Positions 27,443 through 36,743 of a stretch of DNA of 64,000 nt are shown in pieces (within the stretch, counting starts at the first letter, position 1; the number at the start of each line of letters is the position of its first letter). The stretch is from positions 1 to 64,000 of IMG/VR virus record IMGVR_UViG_3300046692_000383; one strand, given 5' to 3'. This DNA comes from a virus. The position numbers were made by a program, and so were the translations under genes. Under the pieces are notes generated by a model. It was not told the origin of the DNA. It searched no databases and worked only from the letters and a program-made list of their open reading frames with translations.

Positions 27443-28054
27443 TCAACCCTTCACTGGGACTGTTCTAGCCGCTTCGCGGGTAATCTGGTCTTGGCCAGAT
27501 ATTTGACTGCCTTTCTGGAAGCCCTTTTGCTGACGGTCAGAGTACTGGGCAAGCTCCGTATTCGCAGGGTCAGCCATCGCACTGACATTAACCCGCCCAA
27601 AGACGAACTCGTGGAACTCGAGTGGAACCTCGATTACGTCAAACTTTGAGGCGTCACGCTGTATCGGCTGCGTTTTAAGCACCATATTGTCATGTACCAT
27701 GCTGTCCACTGAGATAGCGAACATCGCAGTAGGGTCATTAAACATGTCAAAAAGCTGGGAGTAGAGGTCAACCAGCACAGGTGCCTCTGCCGCAACAGTA
27801 AGAGTAATTACCTTTGGTAGGTATACGACGTTGTCCTGCAGGTACTGGTTAATCTCCAGCGGGTGGCTGGCGATGCTCTTGTCCAGCATCACATGGACAT
27901 CAAGAATATTAAACCTTGCGAAAAGGTTTGTAGTTATAGCATTGTCAAAGACAGCTACTTGACTGATTCGTGCAGGCAGGAAGGATTTAAGTATGCCTTT
28001 TGCCCGATCGATGCTCGACTTAGTGTAAGCAACAACGCCAGGAATGAATGCCAT
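27443..28054 (-). CDS. tail-module hypothetical protein
   Basis: 203-aa ORF tightly packed in the tail block. Confidence 0.4.
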   Translation of the reverse strand: MAFIPGVVAYTKSSIDRAKGILKSFLPARISQVAVFDNAITTNLFARFNILDVHVMLDKSIASHPLEINQYLQDNVVYLPKVITLTVAAEAPVLVDLYSQLFDMFNDPTAMFAISVDSMVHDNMVLKTQPIQRDASKFDVIEVPLEFHEFVFGRVNVSAMADPANTELAQYSDRQQKGFQKGSQISGQDQITREAARTVPVKG

Positions 28055-28413
28055 TACTCTTGGCTCCTTAATACAATTTTACCATACTCAGTCACGACAC
28101 CACACTCAAAGATTAGCTCGGTGCCAACTACACTCATGTCTAGGTAGGCCACACTTATAACATGCTGTTCTGCCCGAATCGCTTTGAGCATGGCTGCTCT
28201 GTACGGCGTAATACCATCTGTGCCATTGGCAAATACCGTTTCCATGTACGGTAGACCGCGTGGCTTATCGAAACGGAACTCGCCAACAAGCGAGGACAGC
28301 CGCTGCGTCAATAGGTCAGCCATTGCCTCTTCGTCAACTTTGGTAGCTATATTACCAAAGCGATCAAGGTAAAGGCCGCGGTCCTGGCCCATAGCCAGAG
28401 TGATCGCGCTCAT
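28054..28413 (-). CDS. putative baseplate wedge protein (gp25/GpW-like), tentative
   Basis: 119 aa, of the size and context of gp25-like proteins. Weak motif resemblance only. Confidence 0.3.
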   Translation of the reverse strand: MSAITLAMGQDRGLYLDRFGNIATKVDEEAMADLLTQRLSSLVGEFRFDKPRGLPYMETVFANGTDGITPYRAAMLKAIRAEQHVISVAYLDMSVVGTELIFECGVVTEYGKIVLRSQE

Positions 28414-28814
28414 TTTGCGTATTTCTCAAGCTGTTCCTGGAGCAGGCTGGTGAGCATCGAGGTCATACTGGCTTTCACAGTAGACATCAAGTCAGTACCC
28501 TCCAGGAAAGAGCAGTTATGCTTGAGGCAAGCGTACTCAAGTTGGACTAGAGTCCACCAGTCCGGAACGTGCTCGTTAATGAGTGCATCATCAACCAGGT
28601 GAACTTGCTCGCCTTCACCTTCGCCGATAAGAATAGAGCAGTAACGCATCAGGTTGCGCATTGCCTTGGCGTTGTTCTGATAGGTATGCTCTTTGCCGAG
28701 GATAGCCAGTGGATAGCCAGCAAGAATCTCACGGCCGTCCAGAGGACTGAACTTGTGAACAGCGTAGGTCTTGACAGTCTTACCGTCACCAGTTGGTATA
28801 TGTACTTCGATCAT
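28410..28814 (-). CDS. tail assembly chaperone-like protein, paralog B
   Basis: Shares VPDWWTLVQLEYACLKHNCSFL with VADWEVLSKLEVACYEYNYGFL of the adjacent gene. ATGA overlaps on both sides. Confidence 0.35.
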   Translation of the reverse strand: MIEVHIPTGDGKTVKTYAVHKFSPLDGREILAGYPLAILGKEHTYQNNAKAMRNLMRYCSILIGEGEGEQVHLVDDALINEHVPDWWTLVQLEYACLKHNCSFLEGTDLMSTVKASMTSMLTSLLQEQLEKYAK

Positions 28815-29257
28815 GATTTAGCTGCCTCACGTGCGCGGAATTCGTTGATACGCTTGACGGCTAGGACGTCGAGCAATTTAAATGCTTCTTCAAGACTGTA
28901 CTCGTCTCGAAGTTCTTTGTAGGTCGCCAGCTCGTTTGAGACGAGTGCAGATACGATAGCATCTACATGACGTGACTCAGCGACAAAATAAGTAGCAGCC
29001 ATCGCGGACGGAATTTGCTGTGGGTCCCAGGTACGCAGGAAGCCGTAGTTGTACTCGTAGCAGGCTACTTCCAACTTTGACAGCACTTCCCAGTCTGCGA
29101 CCTTGGCCAGGATAACCTCGTCCGTAAGTGGTAGGCCACCAATCTCAATCCAGATACGCAGAGCGCTAAGGTTGATAGAAAGAGTACCACTATCGAGTAG
29201 TTCCTTAGCTGTAATAGCTGGTATCTTTCTGATAGTAAACCCATCTACAATTTTCAT
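28811..29257 (-). CDS. tail assembly chaperone-like protein, paralog A
   Basis: ORF-track ORF 28811-29299 trimmed to ATG 29257 (MKIVDGF), giving an ATGA overlap with the spike gene stop. Confidence 0.35.
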   Translation of the reverse strand: MKIVDGFTIRKIPAITAKELLDSGTLSINLSALRIWIEIGGLPLTDEVILAKVADWEVLSKLEVACYEYNYGFLRTWDPQQIPSAMAATYFVAESRHVDAIVSALVSNELATYKELRDEYSLEEAFKLLDVLAVKRINEFRAREAAKS

Positions 29258-30021
29258 GCCGGGAACCCTGGAACCTGGGCATTGTGATCGTGACCCCAAA
29301 TAGGCTCTCCGCCCACAGTGGTGGCCTCGGGCAGGCTACAAGTAGGACCAGTTACGGCCAAGTTACTATTGAGAGTTGTATTCCCGCCAATAACTGTATT
29401 ACCAACAACATCAACGTTACCCCCGACTTTTAGGTCGTGTAGCGCTTCAACCAGCGGAGTGTCCAGAGTAACTTTAACAGGTGTCGTAATCTTGATATTG
29501 TCTGGGCGAAGGCTGATACGGGTTACGCCGTCAGTTGTCTGGATAACCATTGCGTCAGCATCCTCAGCGTTAATCTCATACTCGCGGAAGACGTCTGGAA
29601 TAAACACTGCGTCAGTAAACCGGTGACTCGCGCCGTCGGTAGCGGCATGTGACTCCTGCAAGTTCTGCAGAAATAATGTAATATCCCGGTCAGCTGCCCA
29701 AATCCAGCCTAAGTCACCTTTCTTGATTGGAAAACTGATATGGAAGTTGCCAGCGCCAAGGCTTAAGACAGGAATGTCTGGAATAGCCGTACGAGGACGA
29801 CGCTGTAGCGGACCGCCAGCTGGGTCACGGGTAGTAACAACAATCTGTGGCCGTACTTCCGCGACATTGCGTTTACGGTCATAGCTGACTACTCGACACG
29901 GAAGCATACACTCCATGTCCATCTCAATAGCACGGCGAACAACTTTTACCACAGCAGAGAGTGAACTAGTCTCCTCGGGACGCTGGGCTAATGAACCTTT
30001 TAGCTCGCTCATGCTTCCCAC
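29254..30021 (-). CDS. baseplate central spike protein (gpV / phi92 gp138-like)
   Basis: N-terminal OB-fold-like region (VVSYDRKRNVAEVRPQIVV…IPDIPVLSLGAG…KKGDLGWIW), then a beta-helical VGGNVDVVGNTVIGGNTTLNSNLAVTG, and an HDHN motif near the tip (an HxH iron site is typical of spike apices). Confidence 0.55.
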   Translation of the reverse strand: MGSMSELKGSLAQRPEETSSLSAVVKVVRRAIEMDMECMLPCRVVSYDRKRNVAEVRPQIVVTTRDPAGGPLQRRPRTAIPDIPVLSLGAGNFHISFPIKKGDLGWIWAADRDITLFLQNLQESHAATDGASHRFTDAVFIPDVFREYEINAEDADAMVIQTTDGVTRISLRPDNIKITTPVKVTLDTPLVEALHDLKVGGNVDVVGNTVIGGNTTLNSNLAVTGPTCSLPEATTVGGEPIWGHDHNAQVPGFPA

Positions 30022-30302
30022 CAGTACAGGCCGTGAGTCAGCCCAAACTGCGTGTAAGAAGGGTAGCTGGCGCCATCATCACACTCAAACACTAAGTAAC
30101 CGTACTTGCGGGACAAGACTTCACCCAGGAGCGCATTTCCATGGACAGCGCGGTAGCCACTACGTAGATTTACGCCATCAACAGTAATATCAACAAGTGT
30201 TGAGCCTGATTGCCCAAGCAGCACCGCAATTTCAAACAGTCGATTGCCCAGCGTAATCGACAATGTTTGATTGGGGATTGCAGAGAGAGGGAGCTTTTCC
30301 AC
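30009..30302 (-). CDS. tail-module hypothetical protein (97 aa)
   Basis: First gene after the tube terminator. Overlaps the spike start by 13 nt. Confidence 0.4.
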   Translation of the reverse strand: MEKLPLSAIPNQTLSITLGNRLFEIAVLLGQSGSTLVDITVDGVNLRSGYRAVHGNALLGEVLSRKYGYLVFECDDGASYPSYTQFGLTHGLYWWEA

Positions 30303-30424
30303 TGACTTGACCTGACGGTTATAGGCTTTCGACCATTATACCCTGCAGTGTTTCAGTGAAGGAATATCGAGGAATAAAGAAGTCAGTTATTATAACCGAA
30401 CAGCTTGTTGCTATCGATCAATAG

Positions 30425-30449
30425 AAAAAGGACCCGAAGGTCCTTTTTT
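30425..30449. terminator. strong intrinsic terminator A5-GGACC-cgaa-GGTCC-T6 after the tube gene
   Basis: Perfect hairpin with flanking A/T tracts. Same hairpin as at 35034. Confidence 0.65.
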
Positions 30450-30464
30450 GCATAGCAGCTGAAG

Positions 30465-30923
30465 TTAAGACGGACGGTTCTCGTCTTTATCTTCAAATTG
30501 AAAACCAAACTTACGGCTGTTGAGGCGACCTTCTTGGGTACCAGCCGGCGTTGCTGGGCCACTCATGATGATGCCCTGGATCAGCTTTACAACACGACCG
30601 TCCTGGAAGGACAGGGTGATAGTAATTACGTCCAGCGGCACCAGACCTTTGCTTTTCGAAATGCGGTTGGCTTCGAAGAGCAGAGTCAGGTTGCGATCAT
30701 CTTCCGAGTTTGGAATAACGCAGAAAGACATCGGGATAACTGCAGGCTTCTGCCATACGACCAGGTCGCCGTTAGGGCCCATACCACTCGCAGCAATCTC
30801 CAGGTCTGCGGCGTCGATAGGCGGCTGGTCATCAGCCCAGGCCGACAGGAGGAAACCTGCCGGAAAAGTATTGCTGGCCTTGACATGTGCGCTGAGGCCA
30901 AACAGCGAAATATTAGAGCTCAT
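30465..30923 (-). CDS. major tail tube protein (putative)
   Basis: 152 aa directly downstream of the sheath candidate and followed by a strong terminator, indicating high expression. Paralog of 26927-27439. Confidence 0.55.
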   Translation of the reverse strand: MSSNISLFGLSAHVKASNTFPAGFLLSAWADDQPPIDAADLEIAASGMGPNGDLVVWQKPAVIPMSFCVIPNSEDDRNLTLLFEANRISKSKGLVPLDVITITLSFQDGRVVKLIQGIIMSGPATPAGTQEGRLNSRKFGFQFEDKDENRPS

Positions 30924-30974
30924 TGCTTTCTCCTAGTCACCCACACCTCTTACAGTGTGGGCGGCTTGATGGGT

Positions 30975-32489
30975 TTAGATCAGGACATCGCTGCCGGTGA
31001 CTTTGCGCAGTTGGTCATTCTTGCCATAGACGAGAATGTAGTCTGCAGAATAGACAGTGACATTGTTCTTGACTTCACTGCGGATAAAAGCATCAACCCA
31101 GTAGCCTTTGCTCTCGACCTGGCGCCACGCGTCCGGCGAGCCGGTGATCTGGGTGATGTAAGCCTTCTGGGTATTGTCCAGAGTCTTGCCAACCGAGATA
31201 ACGCCGTTTACCAGGGCCTGATCCAGCGGACCCTGCATCAGTGACAAAACTGTGATCCGGCCGTCGCTGTTCGCAGGCATAGTTGGCAGAGCCAGGAAGC
31301 CACCGAGAATCCCGGAGGTTATCGAGTCTTTCAGCCACATTTCGCCGGTGTACACTGCCATGTCAACCGCAGTAGTCTCATCGCCCATCAGGAAACCAGT
31401 CTGGTAGAAGGCAATCTTCTGGCCAGCAGTCTGGGTCTGGCCAACGTAGTTAACCCGCAGCGCATCATACTTGTCAGCACCAGGGTTATCGTTGACAGTC
31501 GGTACGCGGTTACCGAAACGGTAGTACATGAAGTTTTGCGAGGCGCCAGGACGGTCCCAGTTGATTGCAGCCAGAATTTCCGACGGAACAGTTTCGGCAT
31601 GGTCGGCAGTAGCACCAGTCGGAACCAGGGTCAGAGCAGTACCGCTATAGCCCAGCAGTGCCTCGGATACAGCTACGGCGTCTGCTGCCGTTACTGCCAG
31701 CGCAAAGATGAACTTATTGTTCAACGTGTGGTTAGCGGCAGAAACAGCTTCATTTTGCTCAGCAGTCGGGACGGCAGCGCCAGAGAACACAAATGAGCCG
31801 AAGTTGTCATCAGAGCTCTGGCTGTTGAGGAAGGCGTCTACAGGCTCCTGTGCGTCTGTACCTTCAGCCTCAATTTGCTCGCCAGTTGCCCAGCCAACAA
31901 GCACGCCAGTATCGGTAGACAGCACAGTAGCGACAATGGCCAATGAAGAGCCTGCACCGGCAACTGCGCCATGGAGGATGAATACGCCACGGTTGCTCTC
32001 GTAAGTAACGGTAGCAGTGGTAAGCTGAGGGTCTGCATTCAGACGGATTGCAGTCTGCAGGATACCTGCGACTGCAGCCATATTAGCTGCAGCGGCAAAG
32101 TTGAGACCAGTGATGAGTGCATCGACACCGCTGACCTTGATGGTCATAGTGCCGGCAGTAACCTGCTTTATTGCACTGAGAGGTAGAGGGGCGCCGCCAT
32201 AGACAGCTGGGGCCAGGTCTACAGAGTTCCAACCTGCAATAGACATGGCGTCTGGACTGGAGATAGTTTTCGACACGAAGCCGAAGTATTTCTCAGCAAC
32301 TTTGTACTCGTCAGCAGCAGAGCCAAAGTATTTGCGCACATCTGCCAAGTTGGAAAAAGTTACGACTGCGCCGGCCGGAATGAGAGCATTCTGGGTGAAC
32401 TGGCGGAGCATGAAGTTACGGCGAGGTACACCGGCTTGACCGCCAACCCCACTGGTGATATTGACGTAGCGAGTGATCGAAATCGTCAC
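30975..32489 (-). CDS. putative tail sheath protein
   Basis: 504 aa immediately upstream of the tube gene. Assignment is by size and position only. Confidence 0.45.
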   Translation of the reverse strand: MTISITRYVNITSGVGGQAGVPRRNFMLRQFTQNALIPAGAVVTFSNLADVRKYFGSAADEYKVAEKYFGFVSKTISSPDAMSIAGWNSVDLAPAVYGGAPLPLSAIKQVTAGTMTIKVSGVDALITGLNFAAAANMAAVAGILQTAIRLNADPQLTTATVTYESNRGVFILHGAVAGAGSSLAIVATVLSTDTGVLVGWATGEQIEAEGTDAQEPVDAFLNSQSSDDNFGSFVFSGAAVPTAEQNEAVSAANHTLNNKFIFALAVTAADAVAVSEALLGYSGTALTLVPTGATADHAETVPSEILAAINWDRPGASQNFMYYRFGNRVPTVNDNPGADKYDALRVNYVGQTQTAGQKIAFYQTGFLMGDETTAVDMAVYTGEMWLKDSITSGILGGFLALPTMPANSDGRITVLSLMQGPLDQALVNGVISVGKTLDNTQKAYITQITGSPDAWRQVESKGYWVDAFIRSEVKNNVTVYSADYILVYGKNDQLRKVTGSDVLI

Positions 32490-32613
32490 GATTGTTTACT
32501 CCCTTGAGGGGCTGGTTTCTTGGGCTCTTTTACAGTAGCCGCAGCCTCGACCACTTCTGGCTTCAACTTTGGCTCCTGTGCTGGAGTACGGTATTGCTCA
32601 ATTTTGATCGCCA

Positions 32614-33204
32614 TTAGGGCACCTGAGTAATAGTGTCGGTCACATATTCAATCCTGCCGACTTCGGCAAAAGGGGTCTTACGGGTATAGCTAACCGTCAA
32701 GTCAAACGAAGGCATTGCTTCTTGTCTATCCTGCTCGTTCGTAAAATAACTGTTTCGAACCTCAGGCACCCGTAGCAGGTTAATGCCTAGCTCCTGGAAA
32801 TGGCGGATAGACGATCGCCGCTGCAAAATCATCCTGGCAATATCACACAGGTCGCTAGCAGTAGGGCGGTAGGTGTTGCGCGGGTCCTGCGTACATGTCG
32901 CGCAAAGCTGGTAGGTAGCAGTATAAACCTGCAGCTCTTCCTCGTTCGACAAATTAGTGTCTGTTGGGTGAGGGGTATAGGTAACCTTGGCAAACCCATG
33001 AGCCTTATCGAACAGCTTCTCGATAAAGACAGTTGGCTCATCTTCCCGGCCCTGCTGAGTAGGCTGTTGTTTCTGCTGTACGCCCACAGTGAACGGTGTA
33101 CTGAAGTTAGCCCATGGCCAAGCTGCTAGCCCATCTTCGAGACGGCTGATTATTGCTGCAATAACGTCATTATCATACAGGCTCAAAATTGCACCTCGAC
33201 GCAC
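32614..33204 (-). CDS. neck/tail-completion region hypothetical protein
   Basis: 196-aa ORF between the connector genes and the sheath. Confidence 0.35.
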   Translation of the reverse strand: MRRGAILSLYDNDVIAAIISRLEDGLAAWPWANFSTPFTVGVQQKQQPTQQGREDEPTVFIEKLFDKAHGFAKVTYTPHPTDTNLSNEEELQVYTATYQLCATCTQDPRNTYRPTASDLCDIARMILQRRSSIRHFQELGINLLRVPEVRNSYFTNEQDRQEAMPSFDLTVSYTRKTPFAEVGRIEYVTDTITQVP

Positions 33205-33551
33205 AGTAGACCGACCCAGCCATCAATAGCGAACCAGTCGTTATTGCTCTCGACGTCATACTTCTTGGTACCGAACTCAATACGATCGCCAGTTGTGCCA
33301 TGGGCAAAATCTTGTACGCTCGCCGACAGGTATATGTTATAATACCGACGGTTCATGTCAAGACCAAGCTCCACGTAACTCTTGCGGTCGACAGCTTGGA
33401 CACTAGCCTCATAGTCAACTGGCTCAGCTGACAGCTCAGAGACAAACTGGCCGGCTCGGTTCTTTGTGCGCTGGCCGGCCTTGATGTACTGCACCGTGTG
33501 GGTATCAATACACGAGAAGGCTTCGGCGAGGATATCGGAACCGGGAGTCAT
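33183..33551 (-). CDS. head-tail joining region hypothetical protein
   Basis: 122-aa ORF with an ATGA-type junction to the upstream gene. Confidence 0.4.
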   Translation of the reverse strand: MTPGSDILAEAFSCIDTHTVQYIKAGQRTKNRAGQFVSELSAEPVDYEASVQAVDRKSYVELGLDMNRRYYNIYLSASVQDFAHGTTGDRIEFGTKKYDVESNNDWFAIDGWVGLLCVEVQF

Positions 33552-34021
33552 TAGCTTACCTTCGCAGTAATAGATTGGCCAAGCAGGCCAGTAACACCGA
33601 CCAGTGGTTTATTGAAGCCCTTACCTTTAATAAACTGTTTACCATTCTTGTCAGGTGGCGTACCATTGACAGTAATATCAGCGTTAGGGGCAAAGTTGCC
33701 TTCTTTCAGTGTTTCTTGGATAGTTGCAACAAGAGTCTCGCCCATACGCTTGAGGTAGGCTTCTGGGTCCAGTGTACCATCGAGCATCTCGACAGTTCTA
33801 CGCGCAACCCAGCCAGGCAACTTCTGGTCAATTTTTTCTGCTGACTGCCGAAGTAACGGGCGGGCAGGTGTCACAGGTTTAACTTTGCCAAATTCGTTTA
33901 CAATCATGACAGCAGCGACGGACTCGCCTGTCGCATACTTGGCATTCTCGTGCCACCCGGCGTCGACAGATTTACCGTCAATAGCAGATAACGCCTTGGC
34001 GTGCTCGGCCAGCTTACTCAA
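33551..34021 (-). CDS. HK97 gp10-like tail-completion/head-tail joining protein
   Basis: VAAVMIVNEFGKVKPVTPARPLLRQS resembles the conserved EFGT…ARPF block of the HK97 gp10 family. Confidence 0.5.
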   Translation of the reverse strand: MSKLAEHAKALSAIDGKSVDAGWHENAKYATGESVAAVMIVNEFGKVKPVTPARPLLRQSAEKIDQKLPGWVARRTVEMLDGTLDPEAYLKRMGETLVATIQETLKEGNFAPNADITVNGTPPDKNGKQFIKGKGFNKPLVGVTGLLGQSITAKVS

Positions 34022-34440
34022 TAGACACCGCCAACCTTTCGGAAGGCTGTGCGCTCAGGTAGGCCACCGACATAGAGGCCTCCTACGCCTGCGACTTGCA
34101 GCATGACCAGCAGTTGCTGGCCGTAGGGCGTCTGGCCAAGCCACCACTCGAACATATCAGAGCTTGGCGGGGCAACTTTGGTGACCGAAACTTTGTCGAT
34201 AGACGAGGAGCTGACAAAGCCACCTTGCTTGTTTTTCAGCAGAGTATTGATATGGATCTTCAGCAAGTGACCCATCAGCAGGTAGAGCTGCATCTCGGTG
34301 CAGTCATCACCCTCGTCCTCGGCAACACAAATTGCTTGATTCCAGTAAAGAGCTAACAGCTCATCCGGCCACTTAGTAGCATCGGAAAATTCGGGAATCA
34401 TCGATCTGAACTTGACAGGGTCGAAGATGATAACTGCCAT
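34018..34440 (-). CDS. putative head-tail connector/adaptor protein
   Basis: 140 aa between gp10-like and capsid-proximal genes. Weak gp6-like pattern. Confidence 0.35.
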   Translation of the reverse strand: MAVIIFDPVKFRSMIPEFSDATKWPDELLALYWNQAICVAEDEGDDCTEMQLYLLMGHLLKIHINTLLKNKQGGFVSSSSIDKVSVTKVAPPSSDMFEWWLGQTPYGQQLLVMLQVAGVGGLYVGGLPERTAFRKVGGVY

Positions 34441-34446
34441 GATTTA

Positions 34447-34884
34447 TTACTCGTCGACTGGAGTGAGTTTGGTCGAGACCTTGATCTGCGTCTTCGCAGT
34501 CTCTTTGTTCAGCGGCGCAGAATTGTCGCGGGCAGTCATGTCCTTCGCGATTTCTTTGATCTTTGCATGGCTGTCGCTCGGGTCACCATCAACGATCTTG
34601 TAGAAGCCTTTCGACTGGCACAACAGGAAAGTTTCGTTGGCCAGCAGCAGTTTGACTTCCTCGTCAGTGACTTTGGTCGAGACGCCGGACGGAGTCCAGA
34701 TTGGCTGACCACTATCCATATTGGTCATTTCACCAAAGCCCGACTTGGCCGAAGGGGCATTAGCGCCGCCACGGAGAGTAACGGAGCGGACAGGCCGCAG
34801 CGGTGCGCCAGGAACAGCAGGCGCATACTCGCAGAACTTCTGCGGGCAAGTGGCAGTGCTGAGAACATATGGCAAGGTTATCAC
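34447..34884 (-). CDS. hypothetical protein (first gene after capsid terminator)
   Basis: 145-aa ORF. Confidence 0.4.
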   Translation of the reverse strand: MITLPYVLSTATCPQKFCEYAPAVPGAPLRPVRSVTLRGGANAPSAKSGFGEMTNMDSGQPIWTPSGVSTKVTDEEVKLLLANETFLLCQSKGFYKIVDGDPSDSHAKIKEIAKDMTARDNSAPLNKETAKTQIKVSTKLTPVDE

Positions 34885-35033
34885 CTCATAATTGGGTTAT
34901 TGTGCAGTTGCTAAATAAAGCACCGACAGTAGACTCGATTATACCGCCTTATAGCCAGGAAAGGAATAATCGGGGATTAGACGGGTTTATCGGAATAAGC
35001 CGCAAAGTAATCAGTTCAGCTAATCTAGCGTAA

Positions 35034-35058
35034 AGAAAAAGGACCCGAAGGTCCTTTG
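35034..35058. terminator. strong intrinsic terminator A5-GGACC-cgaa-GGTCC-TTTGTC after the major capsid gene
   Basis: Identical hairpin to the 30425 terminator, directly after the capsid stop at 35074. Confidence 0.65.
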
Positions 35059-35073
35059 TCTTATCACTCGGTA

Positions 35074-36171
35074 TTAGATACCCGAGAAGCGAACGACCGC
35101 GAACGGACGCTTGCAGAGCACACCGGCAGTAGCCGAGCCGAAGTCTTCGATATACGACTTCGCGCGCTTTTCGACACCCAGGGTGTTGAACTTGGTCACC
35201 ACCATCTGAGTGAAGGTTGCGCCGCCGTCAGTCGACCCGTCTACCGAGGAGTCAACCTTTTCGGCGTACAAGTAGAAAGCGTCAGCGCCAGCGGCGACGT
35301 CGTTCAGCTCAGGAGCCGACTCAACGCGAATACGCGAGTAGGTCTGGGTCAGCCAGTCACGAACCGAGATACCTTGAACCGAAACGGTGGACAGGTAATC
35401 GATTTTGCTGGTTGCAATCAGCAGGACCAGGTCAGTGCTTTCCGGATCGATGGTGTCCTGCGACTGGTTACGCAGGGTAGCGATCGCAGTACGGAGGTCA
35501 GCAGTGATAGCCAGAAAGTCTTTGGTTGGCCATTGGCCGCCGGCAACAGCAGTGTAAGCTGGCAGCATCGGGTCGTTCAGTAGACCGAAGGTGCGGTTAG
35601 CGCCGCCGAACCAGCCGAAGAAGCCGATAGCGTTACGGAAGATTTCCAGGCCGATTGCGGCAGCTTGGCGCTTCTGCTCAGCAACGTTGAGGTTCATGGC
35701 AGACGCACGGGCGTCTTCCAGCAATGCAACTCGCATGCCCTGCTCACCGCGAACGATAGTGCGGCGCTCGAAGTTGGTGTTCAGCGCGGACAGAGGCACA
35801 GCGCTGTAGTCACCGTACTCAGTTGCGCCACCGACCGGCTCAACGATACCCTGCACGATTTCTTCGTCGTGCCAGTTACCGACGGTAGTGATACCAATGC
35901 ACTTGTCGATCTTGCGCGCGGCAGTGATAACCTGGACAAAACCAGGCAACCAGGCCTGCAGGAACTGGATCGGGGTAGTGACAGAACCCTGGGTAGTCGA
36001 AGCAGTGAACGAGGAGTCGCCCACAGCCAAGGCTCGAACCTGCTTATGCACAACCTGTGGGCTGATGGTGATACCGATACGGGCCAGTGCCATTACAGCT
36101 TGGTCACCGATCTGCGTCATATTGAACGCGCGAACATCCCGCGCGGCGATGTGGCTGTGGATCTGGGACAT
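35074..36171 (-). CDS. major capsid protein
   Basis: 365 aa, downstream of the scaffold/decoration-like genes and followed by the strongest terminator type. Antisense ORFs on + are rejected. Confidence 0.65.
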   Translation of the reverse strand: MSQIHSHIAARDVRAFNMTQIGDQAVMALARIGITISPQVVHKQVRALAVGDSSFTASTTQGSVTTPIQFLQAWLPGFVQVITAARKIDKCIGITTVGNWHDEEIVQGIVEPVGGATEYGDYSAVPLSALNTNFERRTIVRGEQGMRVALLEDARASAMNLNVAEQKRQAAAIGLEIFRNAIGFFGWFGGANRTFGLLNDPMLPAYTAVAGGQWPTKDFLAITADLRTAIATLRNQSQDTIDPESTDLVLLIATSKIDYLSTVSVQGISVRDWLTQTYSRIRVESAPELNDVAAGADAFYLYAEKVDSSVDGSTDGGATFTQMVVTKFNTLGVEKRAKSYIEDFGSATAGVLCKRPFAVVRFSGI

Positions 36172-36217
36172 TTTACATCTCCTGCCAACTGGCGCCGGAG
36201 CGCCAGTGGTTAATGGG

Positions 36218-36733
36218 TTACTCGCCGAGGCTGATAGGGGTCAGGCCAGCTGCAGTGGTAGTACGCTCAACTTTCGCGTTAGCGATCAGAGTGCGGCCGG
36301 TTGCAGCGGCATTGAACAGCGCGCCGGTAGTGTCGTCGAAGTACACCGGGTCGCCATAGACAACAGGGGTGCTGAACGAAACAACAACTTCACCCTTGGT
36401 CATCAGCTGGGCAGCGGTATTAGCCGGCAGTTCCAGGCTTGGCGCCAGCGTACCAGCAGTGGAGCCGGCCAGAGCATGCTGCTCAGGGTTGCAGAGGATA
36501 CCTGCGAACTTGTTCGCGACGTCAGCTGCGCCGATTTCGGCGACTGGGATGCTCGGCAAACCGTTCTGGCCAGGGAATTCAGCGATAACGTTGGTATACG
36601 CACGGCCGAAAACGTTGGGTACAGTGGCTTGCTCGCTCAGGCGCCATACTTTGACAACGCTTGGAACATCTCGGATGGTCTGGCCGAGGAAACCGTCGGT
36701 CTGACGAAAGCGAATTACGGACTGAAAGCTCAT
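36218..36733 (-). CDS. putative head decoration protein
   Basis: 171-aa Gly/Ala/Thr-rich ORF immediately upstream of the capsid gene. Confidence 0.35.
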   Translation of the reverse strand: MSFQSVIRFRQTDGFLGQTIRDVPSVVKVWRLSEQATVPNVFGRAYTNVIAEFPGQNGLPSIPVAEIGAADVANKFAGILCNPEQHALAGSTAGTLAPSLELPANTAAQLMTKGEVVVSFSTPVVYGDPVYFDDTTGALFNAAATGRTLIANAKVERTTTAAGLTPISLGE

Positions 36734-36743
36734 GGCTTACTCC

